Shown here: positions 30,157-38,659 of the stretch, piece after piece
How positions within the stretch are numbered: position 1 is the first letter of the stretch
Layout: the number at the start of each line of letters is the position of its first letter
Assembly: GCA_963727255.1 (NCBI GenBank)
Contig: CAVSFC010000002.1
Location: 512,001 to 576,000, forward strand
From: an uncultured bacterium
Lineage (GTDB): Bacteria; Babelota; Babeliae; Babelales; Vermiphilaceae
Reading direction: 5' to 3'
Length of the DNA: 64,000 bases
Translations under genes and position numbers: made by a program
Notes under the pieces: model-generated
Told to the model about the DNA's origin: nothing
Database searches by the model: none
What the model saw: the letters and a program-made list of their open reading frames with translations, nothing else

Positions 30157-30250
30157 ATGCTTCGACAAGCTCAGCACGAACGGAGTGAGAGCTGAGCGTT
30201 TATGCGAAGGCTGGAAGCATATTCGCGGGATCCGAAAGAGCGACGGCTGG
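30157..30250. repeat. Degenerate family A copy plus partial family B unit
   Basis: atgcttcgacaagctcagcacgaacgg..gctgagc..gaagcat, then tccgaaagagcgacggctgg. Confidence 0.65.
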
Positions 30251-30267
30251 GAGGAGTGCGAAGCATG

Positions 30268-30675
30268 TCACGAAGGATGATATTTTACTCGTTTAACCTT
30301 TTGCGGTTTAGCGCCCGAAGCCATAACGCGCCATTCATTATTCCATGAAAATTCTAAATCACAGTCTTTGTTTTTTGGATTGAGTTCAAATGTGATCTCT
30401 TTTGCTCCGGTTCTCCATCCTTTTGCAAAGCTATAATCATAGCGGACAATCAACATTTTTTGATTGTTTGGGACGCTGATTGAGCTGCCGGGCTTTACCT
30501 CATTTCCGTTAACTTTTAGTTTAAAAGAATCGGGAGAATACCCAACCTTTAAAAAGGTATATTCGAGCATTTTGGGTTTTATTTTATTGTGTATGCTAAT
30601 GGTAGTGGGACATTCTTGTTGTGAAAGTGCGGCAACGGGAATTGCCCAGAGCAAAAGAGGAAAAAAATGCTTCAT
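30268..30675 (-). CDS. Secreted hypothetical protein
   Basis: AAGGA RBS, signal peptide, beta-rich body. Confidence 0.75.
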   Translation of the reverse strand: MKHFFPLLLWAIPVAALSQQECPTTISIHNKIKPKMLEYTFLKVGYSPDSFKLKVNGNEVKPGSSISVPNNQKMLIVRYDYSFAKGWRTGAKEITFELNPKNKDCDLEFSWNNEWRVMASGAKPQKVKRVKYHPS

Positions 30676-30719
30676 TTTTCATCCTTAATTATTTACTGAA
30701 GCTTCATATGCGCCTTACA

Positions 30720-31451
30720 TTATGCGTTAGATTGTTCAATTTTGGGCAAGTGAAAATTTATGTGTAACTTCCAAGGATTAGCGGACCATTTAACCGTATG
30801 TTCCCAGATGATTTTAGCAAAGTTTTTGACGTTGCTTAATGCCTTTATCATAACTGGTTGTTCGATGATCTTTTCATCTATATATTGCACATTATTAGAA
30901 TGGTGGTTTTGCTCTGGAAGTGTACACTCCCAGATAACTCCTGCGGATAATAGATTAGCGCCATTGATTTTTAATGATTCCAAATAATCTGTGGCAGATT
31001 TCTCTTTTTCTTGAGTAGTCAATTGCAGACTTTTCTGATCTTGCCGCTTCTTGAGCAGTTCTGTTAGGGCCTTCATTTTGCCCCGTTTTATAACAATGCT
31101 AATTGTGAAGGGTTTATCTTTGTGCAAAGGAATTAATTTCGATTCGCCTGGCTTAATTGGATAATCTTCGATCATAAAATCCAAGCAATCGACAAATGCT
31201 TCGAGCATCTCAGGATCTTTTGCAAGATCATCATCGAGCACGAGCAGTTCTCTGATATTGTTATTAAAAGACACTAAACTTTGTTGTTTAATGGTTTTTT
31301 CAGTAAAAGCATTACGCTCGCGCAGTGATTGCGTAATGGCTGCCAACTTAGTATTACAGTCGATCAGCGCTTCATTTTTTTGCGCTATAAGGCTCGATGC
31401 CGTTAGCGATACTGCTAAAACAGCAGTAATAATTTGCTTTAATAGTTTCAT
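30720..31451 (-). CDS. Secreted hypothetical protein
   Basis: GGAG RBS, signal peptide. Confidence 0.75.
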   Translation of the reverse strand: MKLLKQIITAVLAVSLTASSLIAQKNEALIDCNTKLAAITQSLRERNAFTEKTIKQQSLVSFNNNIRELLVLDDDLAKDPEMLEAFVDCLDFMIEDYPIKPGESKLIPLHKDKPFTISIVIKRGKMKALTELLKKRQDQKSLQLTTQEKEKSATDYLESLKINGANLLSAGVIWECTLPEQNHHSNNVQYIDEKIIEQPVMIKALSNVKNFAKIIWEHTVKWSANPWKLHINFHLPKIEQSNA

Positions 31452-31699
31452 AATGTCTCCAGTAATCTAGATACGGGTTATGCACCTTTTTATACTGTTT
31501 ACATTAGTTAGTATACCACAATCCCCCCTAATAACCAAAAATAGGACCCAAGACGTGAAATAAAAGCCTATTTATTTGCGATTTGAAAATTTAAAATATC
31601 AATATGCTGATTGGAAGGTCAAATTCGTTAAAATGGATAATAAGGGCCGAACTGGCTAAAGTTTCGCTTTGCACTAGTAATTTTCGTCGTTTTGACATT

Positions 31700-31904
31700 T
31701 TATTCTCCGACGCCAGAAAACCCCAAGGCTTTTTAAGCCTGGGGATGAATGGCGGGAGAATATCCGCCGAAGTTTGCCGAGCCGGCCTGTCCTTCGTAGC
31801 TTTAGCGTAGTAGGAAAGGCCCGGATAAACGTAGGCTGGATTGGACAAGGCTTTGGCGAATTCCGCGCGATACACCGGCTTTTAAGCCGGTGAGCGCTTC
31901 ATTT
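31700..31904. mobile_element. Non-autonomous multi-hairpin element (IS200/IS605-like ends), copy 1, with a nested 30-bp family B insert
   Basis: Near-identical to 37300-37469; hairpins ccccaaggctt/aagcctgggg and caccggctt/aagccggtg; no terminal inverted repeats or target duplication seen. Confidence 0.7.
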
Positions 31905-31968
31905 GGTGAGCCCATCTGGCTATCTCCCTTTTAAAAATCTCGACCTTACATTTAAAACGAGAATGATA

Positions 31969-31997
31969 TTGATTTTCTATTAGAAATTTTATATACT
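31969..31997 (+). promoter_or_regulatory. Putative sigma70 promoter
   Basis: TTGATT-17 bp-TATACT upstream of the gene at 32047. Confidence 0.5.
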
Positions 31998-32046
31998 AAA
32001 AATATGATATATTCTTTCAGCCATTATTGTTTTAAAGGAAATTTTT

Positions 32047-32748
32047 ATGGATATTAAGTTATTATTCGTCCTACCATTTTTGCTTACTTCAGGCATTGCT
32101 TTAGGGATGCAAGAAGAGTCTAATCAGCCCATGGCTGACCAAGAATTTTATGCTTTTATTGAAAAAAATAAAGAAGCTCTAGAGAGAAATGCAGCAGCAG
32201 CGGATAAGCTCATGGAACATAAAAAGATGATGAAGATTAAAATGGATGAGGAGCTTCTTAAACGTGGCATTCAGCCGCGCAAGACAGTAGCCGAAACCCT
32301 AGAAATGTACCGGCGCGCAGCTCTCCCACAAGAAAATCAAGATGCCTATGCGCTTATTGCACTGATGGAATCAGGCCAAATTGAACAACTTAAAAATGAA
32401 TTAGAAACTAAAAGCCCGAATAGTAAGGATGAAGGTGGCAATAGTCTGCTCCATAAGGCTGTTGAAGTAACCAATGCCAATAATACACAGGTAATGAAGC
32501 TCTTACTTGCTAAAGGAGCGGATGTTAATGGGAAAGATTTGAGCGGGGCAACTCCTTTGCATTGGGCTGCATTGCAAGAAGATCCCACGGCAATTCAGTT
32601 ATTACTCGATTTCGGAGCTGATGCTAATCTAACAGATAATCAGGGGAAAACTGCTCTGGATCTTGCAAATGATTGGGCACGTAATAATAATACTGTCAAA
32701 GAATTGCTTTATCCGGTAACGAAAAAAAGCTGGTGCGTTATTCAGTAA
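32047..32748 (+). CDS. Secreted ankyrin-repeat protein with C-terminal CaaX motif
   Basis: Signal peptide followed by MQEE; GNSLLH, GATPLHWAA, GKTALDLA; ends KKSWCVIQ. Confidence 0.9.
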   Translation: MDIKLLFVLPFLLTSGIALGMQEESNQPMADQEFYAFIEKNKEALERNAAAADKLMEHKKMMKIKMDEELLKRGIQPRKTVAETLEMYRRAALPQENQDAYALIALMESGQIEQLKNELETKSPNSKDEGGNSLLHKAVEVTNANNTQVMKLLLAKGADVNGKDLSGATPLHWAALQEDPTAIQLLLDFGADANLTDNQGKTALDLANDWARNNNTVKELLYPVTKKSWCVIQ

Positions 32749-32756
32749 CACGAAAC

Positions 32757-34568
32757 TTATTTTTTCTTACTTTGAAGTTCTCTCACTTTAAAGATAAGAA
32801 GTGAAAGCGCTGCCGGGGTCATGCCCGGGATTAATGAGGCTTGGGCGATGTTTGCAGGTTGATGCTTTTTAAGTTTTTCCTGAAGTTCTTTGGAAAGCCC
32901 TGGCATGTTGCTATAATCCATATTTTTTGGAAGCTCTAAAGCTTTATACATCTGCGCTTTTTGCGCCTCTTTTTCTTCGCGAGCCAGATACGGCTCATAA
33001 CGGATTTCAGCATGAATACTATGGGCTACACGGTCAGGCAGATCCTTTCCAGTGCCTTCTTTTAGCTTATTTACATCACACTCAAGATCACCATAGAGCT
33101 TAAGCAGGGCGGTATTATTATTCCCGGCCCGAAGTTCTTGCAACGTTGTAGAGAGCAGCTCTTTTTCTTTCTTAAAATCATTGTATAACTCTTCTTCAAT
33201 TAACCCAAGGTTATAGGCGCGATCGGTCAATCGTAAAAATGCATTATCTTGGCGTAAGGTGAGTCTGCGTTCTGCGCGAGAGGTGAACATCCGATACGGC
33301 TCATCAACACTTAAGCTCACCAGATCATCGATCATTACGCCGATATATCCTTGTGTCCGTTCGATAATAAACGGCTCTTTGCCTGCCTGTTTAAGATGGC
33401 CGTTGATACCGGCAATAATCCCTTGGCCGGCTGCTTCTTCATACCCGGTGGTGCCATTAATCTGCCCGGCAAGAAAAAGGCCCGGCGCGGTTTTAACTTC
33501 CATGGAATGGTGCAATTGATCAGGCATTACAAAATCGTATTCAATAGCATAGCCAGGACGGGTGATAACCGCTTCTTCAAATCCTTTAATGGTTTGCACG
33601 TAGGCTTTTTGCACTTCATAGGGCAATGAAGTTGAAATACCATTTGGGTAAATCTCCTCACTATTGGCCCCCTCAGGTTCCACAAAAATATGATGGGATG
33701 TTTTATCTGCAAATCTGCCTATTTTATCTTCTATAGAAGGGCAATAGCGTGGGCCTATTCCTTTAATATTGCCGCTATACATTGCTGAAAGATGCAAGTT
33801 TTTTTTGATAATTTCATGCGTTTTTTCATTGGTATGAGTGATATAGCATGCATGCGAACTATTGGCTTTATGCGGATAAAACTCAAACAAATAGTTTAAG
33901 TTATCTGGTTTTTGGTATTCTAATCGTGAAAAATCGATTGATGATTTGAGCAATCGTGGTGGAGTTCCTGTTTTTAAACGGCCCATGCGAAGCCCAAGAT
34001 TTCCTAAAACTCCTGAAAGATTGGTGACTGCCTCTTCACCTTGACGTCCGGCTGAATAATTAACCTTGCCAATATGCACTTTTCCATTTAAAAAAGTTCC
34101 GGTGGTCAAAATTACTACGGGAGCCAAAAATTCTGCTCCATCACGAGTGACTACCCCTCTTACCTGATTTGTTTTCTCTTCGTGCAAAATATTTTGCACC
34201 ATGCCCATGCGCAAAGTGAGGTTAGGCATTCTTTCTAGCGTTTCTTTTGAAAGTTTATTATAGGCATACTTATCGATTTGCAAGCGAAGGCCATGGACGG
34301 CGGATCCTTTGCTGGTATTGAGCATTCGCGCTTGCAGATAGGTTTTAGTGCACATTTTAGGCATTAATCCGCCTAATGCACTAATTTCATAGACAATATG
34401 GCCCTTGCCTACGCCCCCAATAGCAGGATTGCAGGGCATGAGGCCTATAGTATCAATATTGAGAGTAATAAGAAGAGTCTTTGAACCCATCTTGGCAGCT
34501 GCATGAGCGGCTTCTATGCCGGCATGCCCGCCACCAACAACGATTACATCAAAATCACGTGCAAACAT
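32757..34568 (-). CDS. mnmG: tRNA uridine-5-carboxymethylaminomethyl(34) synthesis enzyme MnmG (GidA)
   Basis: VVGGGHAGIEAA, CNPAIGG, RLKTGTPPR, GPRYCPSIEDK, AGQINGTTGYEEAA. Confidence 0.98.
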   Translation of the reverse strand: MFARDFDVIVVGGGHAGIEAAHAAAKMGSKTLLITLNIDTIGLMPCNPAIGGVGKGHIVYEISALGGLMPKMCTKTYLQARMLNTSKGSAVHGLRLQIDKYAYNKLSKETLERMPNLTLRMGMVQNILHEEKTNQVRGVVTRDGAEFLAPVVILTTGTFLNGKVHIGKVNYSAGRQGEEAVTNLSGVLGNLGLRMGRLKTGTPPRLLKSSIDFSRLEYQKPDNLNYLFEFYPHKANSSHACYITHTNEKTHEIIKKNLHLSAMYSGNIKGIGPRYCPSIEDKIGRFADKTSHHIFVEPEGANSEEIYPNGISTSLPYEVQKAYVQTIKGFEEAVITRPGYAIEYDFVMPDQLHHSMEVKTAPGLFLAGQINGTTGYEEAAGQGIIAGINGHLKQAGKEPFIIERTQGYIGVMIDDLVSLSVDEPYRMFTSRAERRLTLRQDNAFLRLTDRAYNLGLIEEELYNDFKKEKELLSTTLQELRAGNNNTALLKLYGDLECDVNKLKEGTGKDLPDRVAHSIHAEIRYEPYLAREEKEAQKAQMYKALELPKNMDYSNMPGLSKELQEKLKKHQPANIAQASLIPGMTPAALSLLIFKVRELQSKKK

Positions 34569-34600
34569 TAAATCCAGTATATTCTATGAGTATTAGATTA

Positions 34601-34639
34601 AAAAAATAACCAGATACGTATTAAAGTATCTGGTTATTT
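34601..34639 (-). terminator. Probable terminator
   Basis: aaataaccagatac / gtatctggttattt inverted repeat with a T-run on the minus strand. Confidence 0.55.
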
Positions 34640-34679
34640 AGTCTATTTCAGTTTGTTCAAATGAGCAATATTTTGCGAT

Positions 34680-35030
34680 CTAAACTTGTTTCAGTAGATG
34701 TATAGGTGTTTTGCGGATTTCAACAGATAGTATAAAAGATAGATCCAAAATAGTCTGTAGGTTGCTTTTTCTTAAAAAAGCATTTACTGCCCAAGTATTA
34801 TTACTGCACTCTTCTGAAGAAACGAAAGAGATTCCAGGTAAATTCTCCCATTTTTCTAAATCGCTAATTTGCGCGACGATATAACAAAGAGAATTGTCTG
34901 GCATAGCATCAAACCGCACTGGATGAAAATTCGTCAATTTTGGATGAAGCGGTGCCTCAGGAGTATAACTTACTGCAAGTGAGCTTGCTAACGCTGGAAC
35001 TAATAAGCAAATTGCTAATATTCTTTTCAT
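34680..35030 (-). CDS. Small secreted hypothetical protein
   Basis: AGGA RBS, signal peptide. Confidence 0.65.
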   Translation of the reverse strand: MKRILAICLLVPALASSLAVSYTPEAPLHPKLTNFHPVRFDAMPDNSLCYIVAQISDLEKWENLPGISFVSSEECSNNTWAVNAFLRKSNLQTILDLSFILSVEIRKTPIHLLKQV

Positions 35031-35097
35031 AGTTTAATCCTATATTATTTTACTTAAATACTAGGCTTCACTATGTCTCTATTCACTATTCAAGATG

Positions 35098-35131
35098 TCT
35101 GCCCGCCTTAGCTCGGAGAGCGACGACTAGG
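35098..35131. repeat. Family B unit
   Basis: tctgcccgccttagctcggagagcgacgactagg resembles 25140-25174. Confidence 0.6.
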
Positions 35132-35218
35132 GTTGCTCCAAAAAGCTCCTTAATTAACCTCTATTTCCCCTACAGCGTGGTACTGTTTGGTATCATAGTA
35201 ATCCTTATTAAAGGGTGA

Positions 35219-35980
35219 TTACGGTTTCTTAAGTCTAGCACTTATGATCGGCAGCAATTCAATATTTACGTTATTTTGGATCGTAGCAGTCTTAACTTTG
35301 ATCTCTTTTACTAAGGTTTTTAGTTTTTCGAGTTCTTGAGTTACCATGGGATGTTTCTCAAGAATGAGCAAGTTATAGATTTCAGTAAGCTTCTGATCGA
35401 GTAAATCAAGCGAAGCAACCGAAGTAAGCTTGGTCAAATGCGGTCTTAAAACTCCTGCTAATGTGGTTGCTTTTTTAGCATCAGGCGATTTTCGGTGAGT
35501 GTCGAGAATGGTATAGAGCGTTTGAAGCTCTTTATATGCCAACTCATTGGCTAAATTATACGTTGCCTCAAGAATCTTATGATAGACTGATCCAGGTCGA
35601 ACGCTTCTGGAATTGGTTAGCTCAGCTCTCAACGGTGTTAAAATATTTTTTTCGATATGTAAAAGCCGAACTTGGCAACGATTAATGTATGCAGAGAACG
35701 ACTCTTTATTATTTTTATCTATAAAGCTTTTAACCAAATCAACAATAGCATTTACCGTGTCACCGATCTGAATAAACATATATTCAAAAAATTGATCGTC
35801 ATTTTGACCAATTTTATAGCTAAGCTCTTGAGGTGCATCTACTTTTAAGATGGGAGTGCTTGAGCTAAGATTTTGAGCTGTATCTACTAAGATTTGCATA
35901 CTTGATTGATTTGCTTGGGCAGTACTTGCAATAGCAAGGGCTATTACTACTGCCTTCAATTTCAATATATCTGTTTTCAT
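35219..35980 (-). CDS. Secreted helical hypothetical protein
   Basis: GAGG RBS, signal peptide ending AQA. Confidence 0.8.
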   Translation of the reverse strand: MKTDILKLKAVVIALAIASTAQANQSSMQILVDTAQNLSSSTPILKVDAPQELSYKIGQNDDQFFEYMFIQIGDTVNAIVDLVKSFIDKNNKESFSAYINRCQVRLLHIEKNILTPLRAELTNSRSVRPGSVYHKILEATYNLANELAYKELQTLYTILDTHRKSPDAKKATTLAGVLRPHLTKLTSVASLDLLDQKLTEIYNLLILEKHPMVTQELEKLKTLVKEIKVKTATIQNNVNIELLPIISARLKKP

Positions 35981-36170
35981 GTCAAAACCTCTTTGTCTGC
36001 GGTTAAAAATTGTTGTGAGACATATTACATCTTGACAATATCAAGTTTAAACGAGCTTTTTATTTAGTCAAATCGGTGGTCTTCTCTTGATTTAAAAACC
36101 ACATCTACTATTCTTAAAAGACAGGTTTAAATTTGTTTTTTTTATTCAAATTGTATTTGAAAGAATTTGT

Positions 36171-37235
36171 ATGTTTTATACGCTCTCTTCTTATTTTCGG
36201 GATACCATTTTCTTTGCTAATGTATTTCACTATATAAGCTTTCGGGCGATCGCTGCCTTGCTAACCGCTCTTTTGGTTGCGCTTATCAGTGGCGGCTGGT
36301 TTATAGGCTCATGGGCTCTATTTTTTAGATCTAAAGCCCGAGAAGATACTCCAGAAAGCCATCGGGCCAAAGATGATATGCCGACCATGGGGGGAATTTT
36401 CATTCTTTTTACCATCTTGGTTACAAGCCTGCTCTGGGCAGATCTCACTAATCCCCTGGTTTGGACATTTCTGATCTGCATTTTTGGCTTTGGGGCAATA
36501 GGCTTCGCCGATGATTGGAAGAAGATCAGGAAAGGCAAGGGAATATACGCTCGATCCAAATTTATTGCCCAATGGTCGGTGGCCGCCCTCATTAGCCTGC
36601 TTTTAGTTTTTTGGGTTGGTACTAAAACTATCTTCGTATTTCCCTTTTTTAAGAACCTTACCCCGGATCTGGGTCTTTTGTTTATCCCATGGGCCATGTT
36701 TATCCTCGTAAGCTGCAGCAACGCGGTTAACTTGACCGATGGGCTTGATGGACTGGCTATCGGCTCGCTATTGCCCAATTTTGTGCTATTTTCGCTTATT
36801 GGCTATTTAGCCGGCCATACCTTAATTGCGGCCTATCTGAACATACCCTATGCTGCTAGTGCCGAACTGGCGGTCCTGGGAAGTACTTTAATTGGTGCTT
36901 CTCTAGGATTTTTGTGGTTTAATGCCTATCCGGCTCAGATTTTTATGGGGGATGTGGGCTCTCTGGCCCTTGGATCAGCGCTTGCCTTGATGGCACTTGC
37001 AGCTAAACAGGAGTTCTTGCTGGCAATTTCAGGCGGGCTTTTTGTTCTTGAAACTGTTTCAGTAATACTTCAAGTTTTTGTCTTTAAACGCTGGAAAAAG
37101 CGGATTTTTAAGATGGCTCCAATCCATCATCATTTTGAGCTAATGGGCTGGCCAGAGGCAAAAATAACAACCAGATTCGGAATTATTTCATTGGTATTGT
37201 GTTTATTGGCACTAATTACGTTGAAGTTGCGATAA
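36171..37235 (+). CDS. mraY: Phospho-N-acetylmuramoyl-pentapeptide transferase
   Basis: PTMGG, GFADD, NAVNLTDGLDGLA, IFMGDVGSLALG, MAPIHHHFE. Confidence 0.98.
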   Translation: MFYTLSSYFRDTIFFANVFHYISFRAIAALLTALLVALISGGWFIGSWALFFRSKAREDTPESHRAKDDMPTMGGIFILFTILVTSLLWADLTNPLVWTFLICIFGFGAIGFADDWKKIRKGKGIYARSKFIAQWSVAALISLLLVFWVGTKTIFVFPFFKNLTPDLGLLFIPWAMFILVSCSNAVNLTDGLDGLAIGSLLPNFVLFSLIGYLAGHTLIAAYLNIPYAASAELAVLGSTLIGASLGFLWFNAYPAQIFMGDVGSLALGSALALMALAAKQEFLLAISGGLFVLETVSVILQVFVFKRWKKRIFKMAPIHHHFELMGWPEAKITTRFGIISLVLCLLALITLKLR

Positions 37236-37259
37236 TGATTTATTCAAAAAAAATGAATA

Positions 37260-37295
37260 AAACGGGGCTGCCTCAATATGCCATGCCCCGCTTTT
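37260..37295 (+). terminator. Probable terminator after mraY
   Basis: cggggc..gccccg stem followed by ctttt. Confidence 0.5.
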
Positions 37296-37299
37296 CAGA

Positions 37300-37469
37300 T
37301 TATTCTCCGACGCCAGAAAACCGCAAGGCTTTTTAAGCCTGGGGATGAATGGCGGGAGAATATCCGCCGAAGTTTGCCGAGCCGGAAGGCCCGGATAAAC
37401 GTAGGCTGGATAAGGCTTTGGCGAATTCCGCGCGATACATCGGCTTTTAAGCCGATGAGCGCTTCATTT
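37300..37469. mobile_element. Non-autonomous multi-hairpin element, copy 2
   Basis: Matches 31700-31904 without the 30-bp and 5-bp inserts. Confidence 0.7.
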
Positions 37470-37525
37470 AATAGAAGATTCTAAAATAGAATTTTTCCAT
37501 TTGATCATCAAAAGGCCTCATGCGT

Positions 37526-38515
37526 TTAGGGTGATTGTTCAAAAGGCTTCATGCCTTTAGGGCGATTTTTATCTAAGTATTCTTTAAGCCAAGCTTTAGC
37601 TCCAGGAGTATTTAATTGCGATTCCATAAAAATTAAGTAATAAGCATCATCAAAATTGTACATCATCACCTGTTGAGACGAAAGTTTCGAATGGGGTACT
37701 TGCGCTGCCGCTTTATTAAGCTCGAATTTTTTCCAGCGCGCGAGCTCTTGAAGAAGTGCTCCCGCAATTTCTTTATTGTTATTGATCGATTCATCGGAAG
37801 CTTTTTTTATTTTTTCAACTGCTTCAGCAAGCGTTGACGAAGATTTTATAAGTCCTAATAATTTTATCTTAACTAATTTATTATAAGAAGTTGTAGGCAA
37901 TCCTATTTCTGATGCTGTTTCTTTCATTGGATTATCGATAAGACTCACCTCTTGGCTTTTAGTGGGATTTTTAACAAAATATTCTTTAAGCCACTGTAGA
38001 GCGCCAGGAGTTTTTAATCGTGATACAACAAAAACTAAGTAATCTTCATCGCCCCAACTTATCTCCTTCGCTAGATCTTTCTGATCTTCTTGCGATAAAT
38101 CTGCACGAACTACTTGTTGTGCCGCTAAGTTAAATTCCATTTTATATTTATCCGCGAGGGCTTTAATAAGTTCTCCTGCAATTTCCGTATCATTATTTAT
38201 TGATTCGTTGGAAGCTTTTTTTATTTTTTCAACTGCTTCATCAAGTGTTGAGGAAGATTGTATGAGTGATACTAATTTTGCCGTAATTCCTGGTTTTGCC
38301 CTAGCATAGATCTTATCATAAAGTTCCCGTGGCAATGTACTTTGTAATTCTGCAAGTGTTTTGCTGCCATTAAGCACCAGTTTTACTGTTGCATCGACTG
38401 ATGCTTCAGTTAAAGATTTAGGTTGTAGAGATTTGGGTTGTTCCATTGCTGGAAGACTGATGCTGAATAGGGCCATTACTGCGAACAATGCTAAATTTCT
38501 TAAAAAATTCTTCAT
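37526..38515 (-). CDS. Secreted protein with two tandem copies of a helical domain and a SOCS-box-like start
   Basis: Start MKNFL; signal peptide followed by MEQP; duplicated SSSTL.EAVEKIKKAS.ESINN..EIAG...TPGA..WLKEY. Confidence 0.85.
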   Translation of the reverse strand: MKNFLRNLALFAVMALFSISLPAMEQPKSLQPKSLTEASVDATVKLVLNGSKTLAELQSTLPRELYDKIYARAKPGITAKLVSLIQSSSTLDEAVEKIKKASNESINNDTEIAGELIKALADKYKMEFNLAAQQVVRADLSQEDQKDLAKEISWGDEDYLVFVVSRLKTPGALQWLKEYFVKNPTKSQEVSLIDNPMKETASEIGLPTTSYNKLVKIKLLGLIKSSSTLAEAVEKIKKASDESINNNKEIAGALLQELARWKKFELNKAAAQVPHSKLSSQQVMMYNFDDAYYLIFMESQLNTPGAKAWLKEYLDKNRPKGMKPFEQSP

Positions 38516-38659
38516 ACTATTTACTCTAAAAGGAGGTTTTATAGACTCACCATAAATATATTCTATTTGTATTATAGCATGAGAATAGGGACAAAGCAAG
38601 AATTTATGGGTTAAAATAAGGGTAGACTTTTAAAATAAGAGTCTTTTTAAAGGGCTGGG

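Noticed and set aside
31591..31875. ORFs 31591-31875, 31604-31810 and 37278-37484
   Set aside because: They are translations of the repeated hairpin element, with no RBS or protein-like features.
3823..37469. Dispersed palindromic repeats as a CRISPR array
   Set aside because: The copies are scattered, not regularly spaced with unique spacers, and no cas genes are present.
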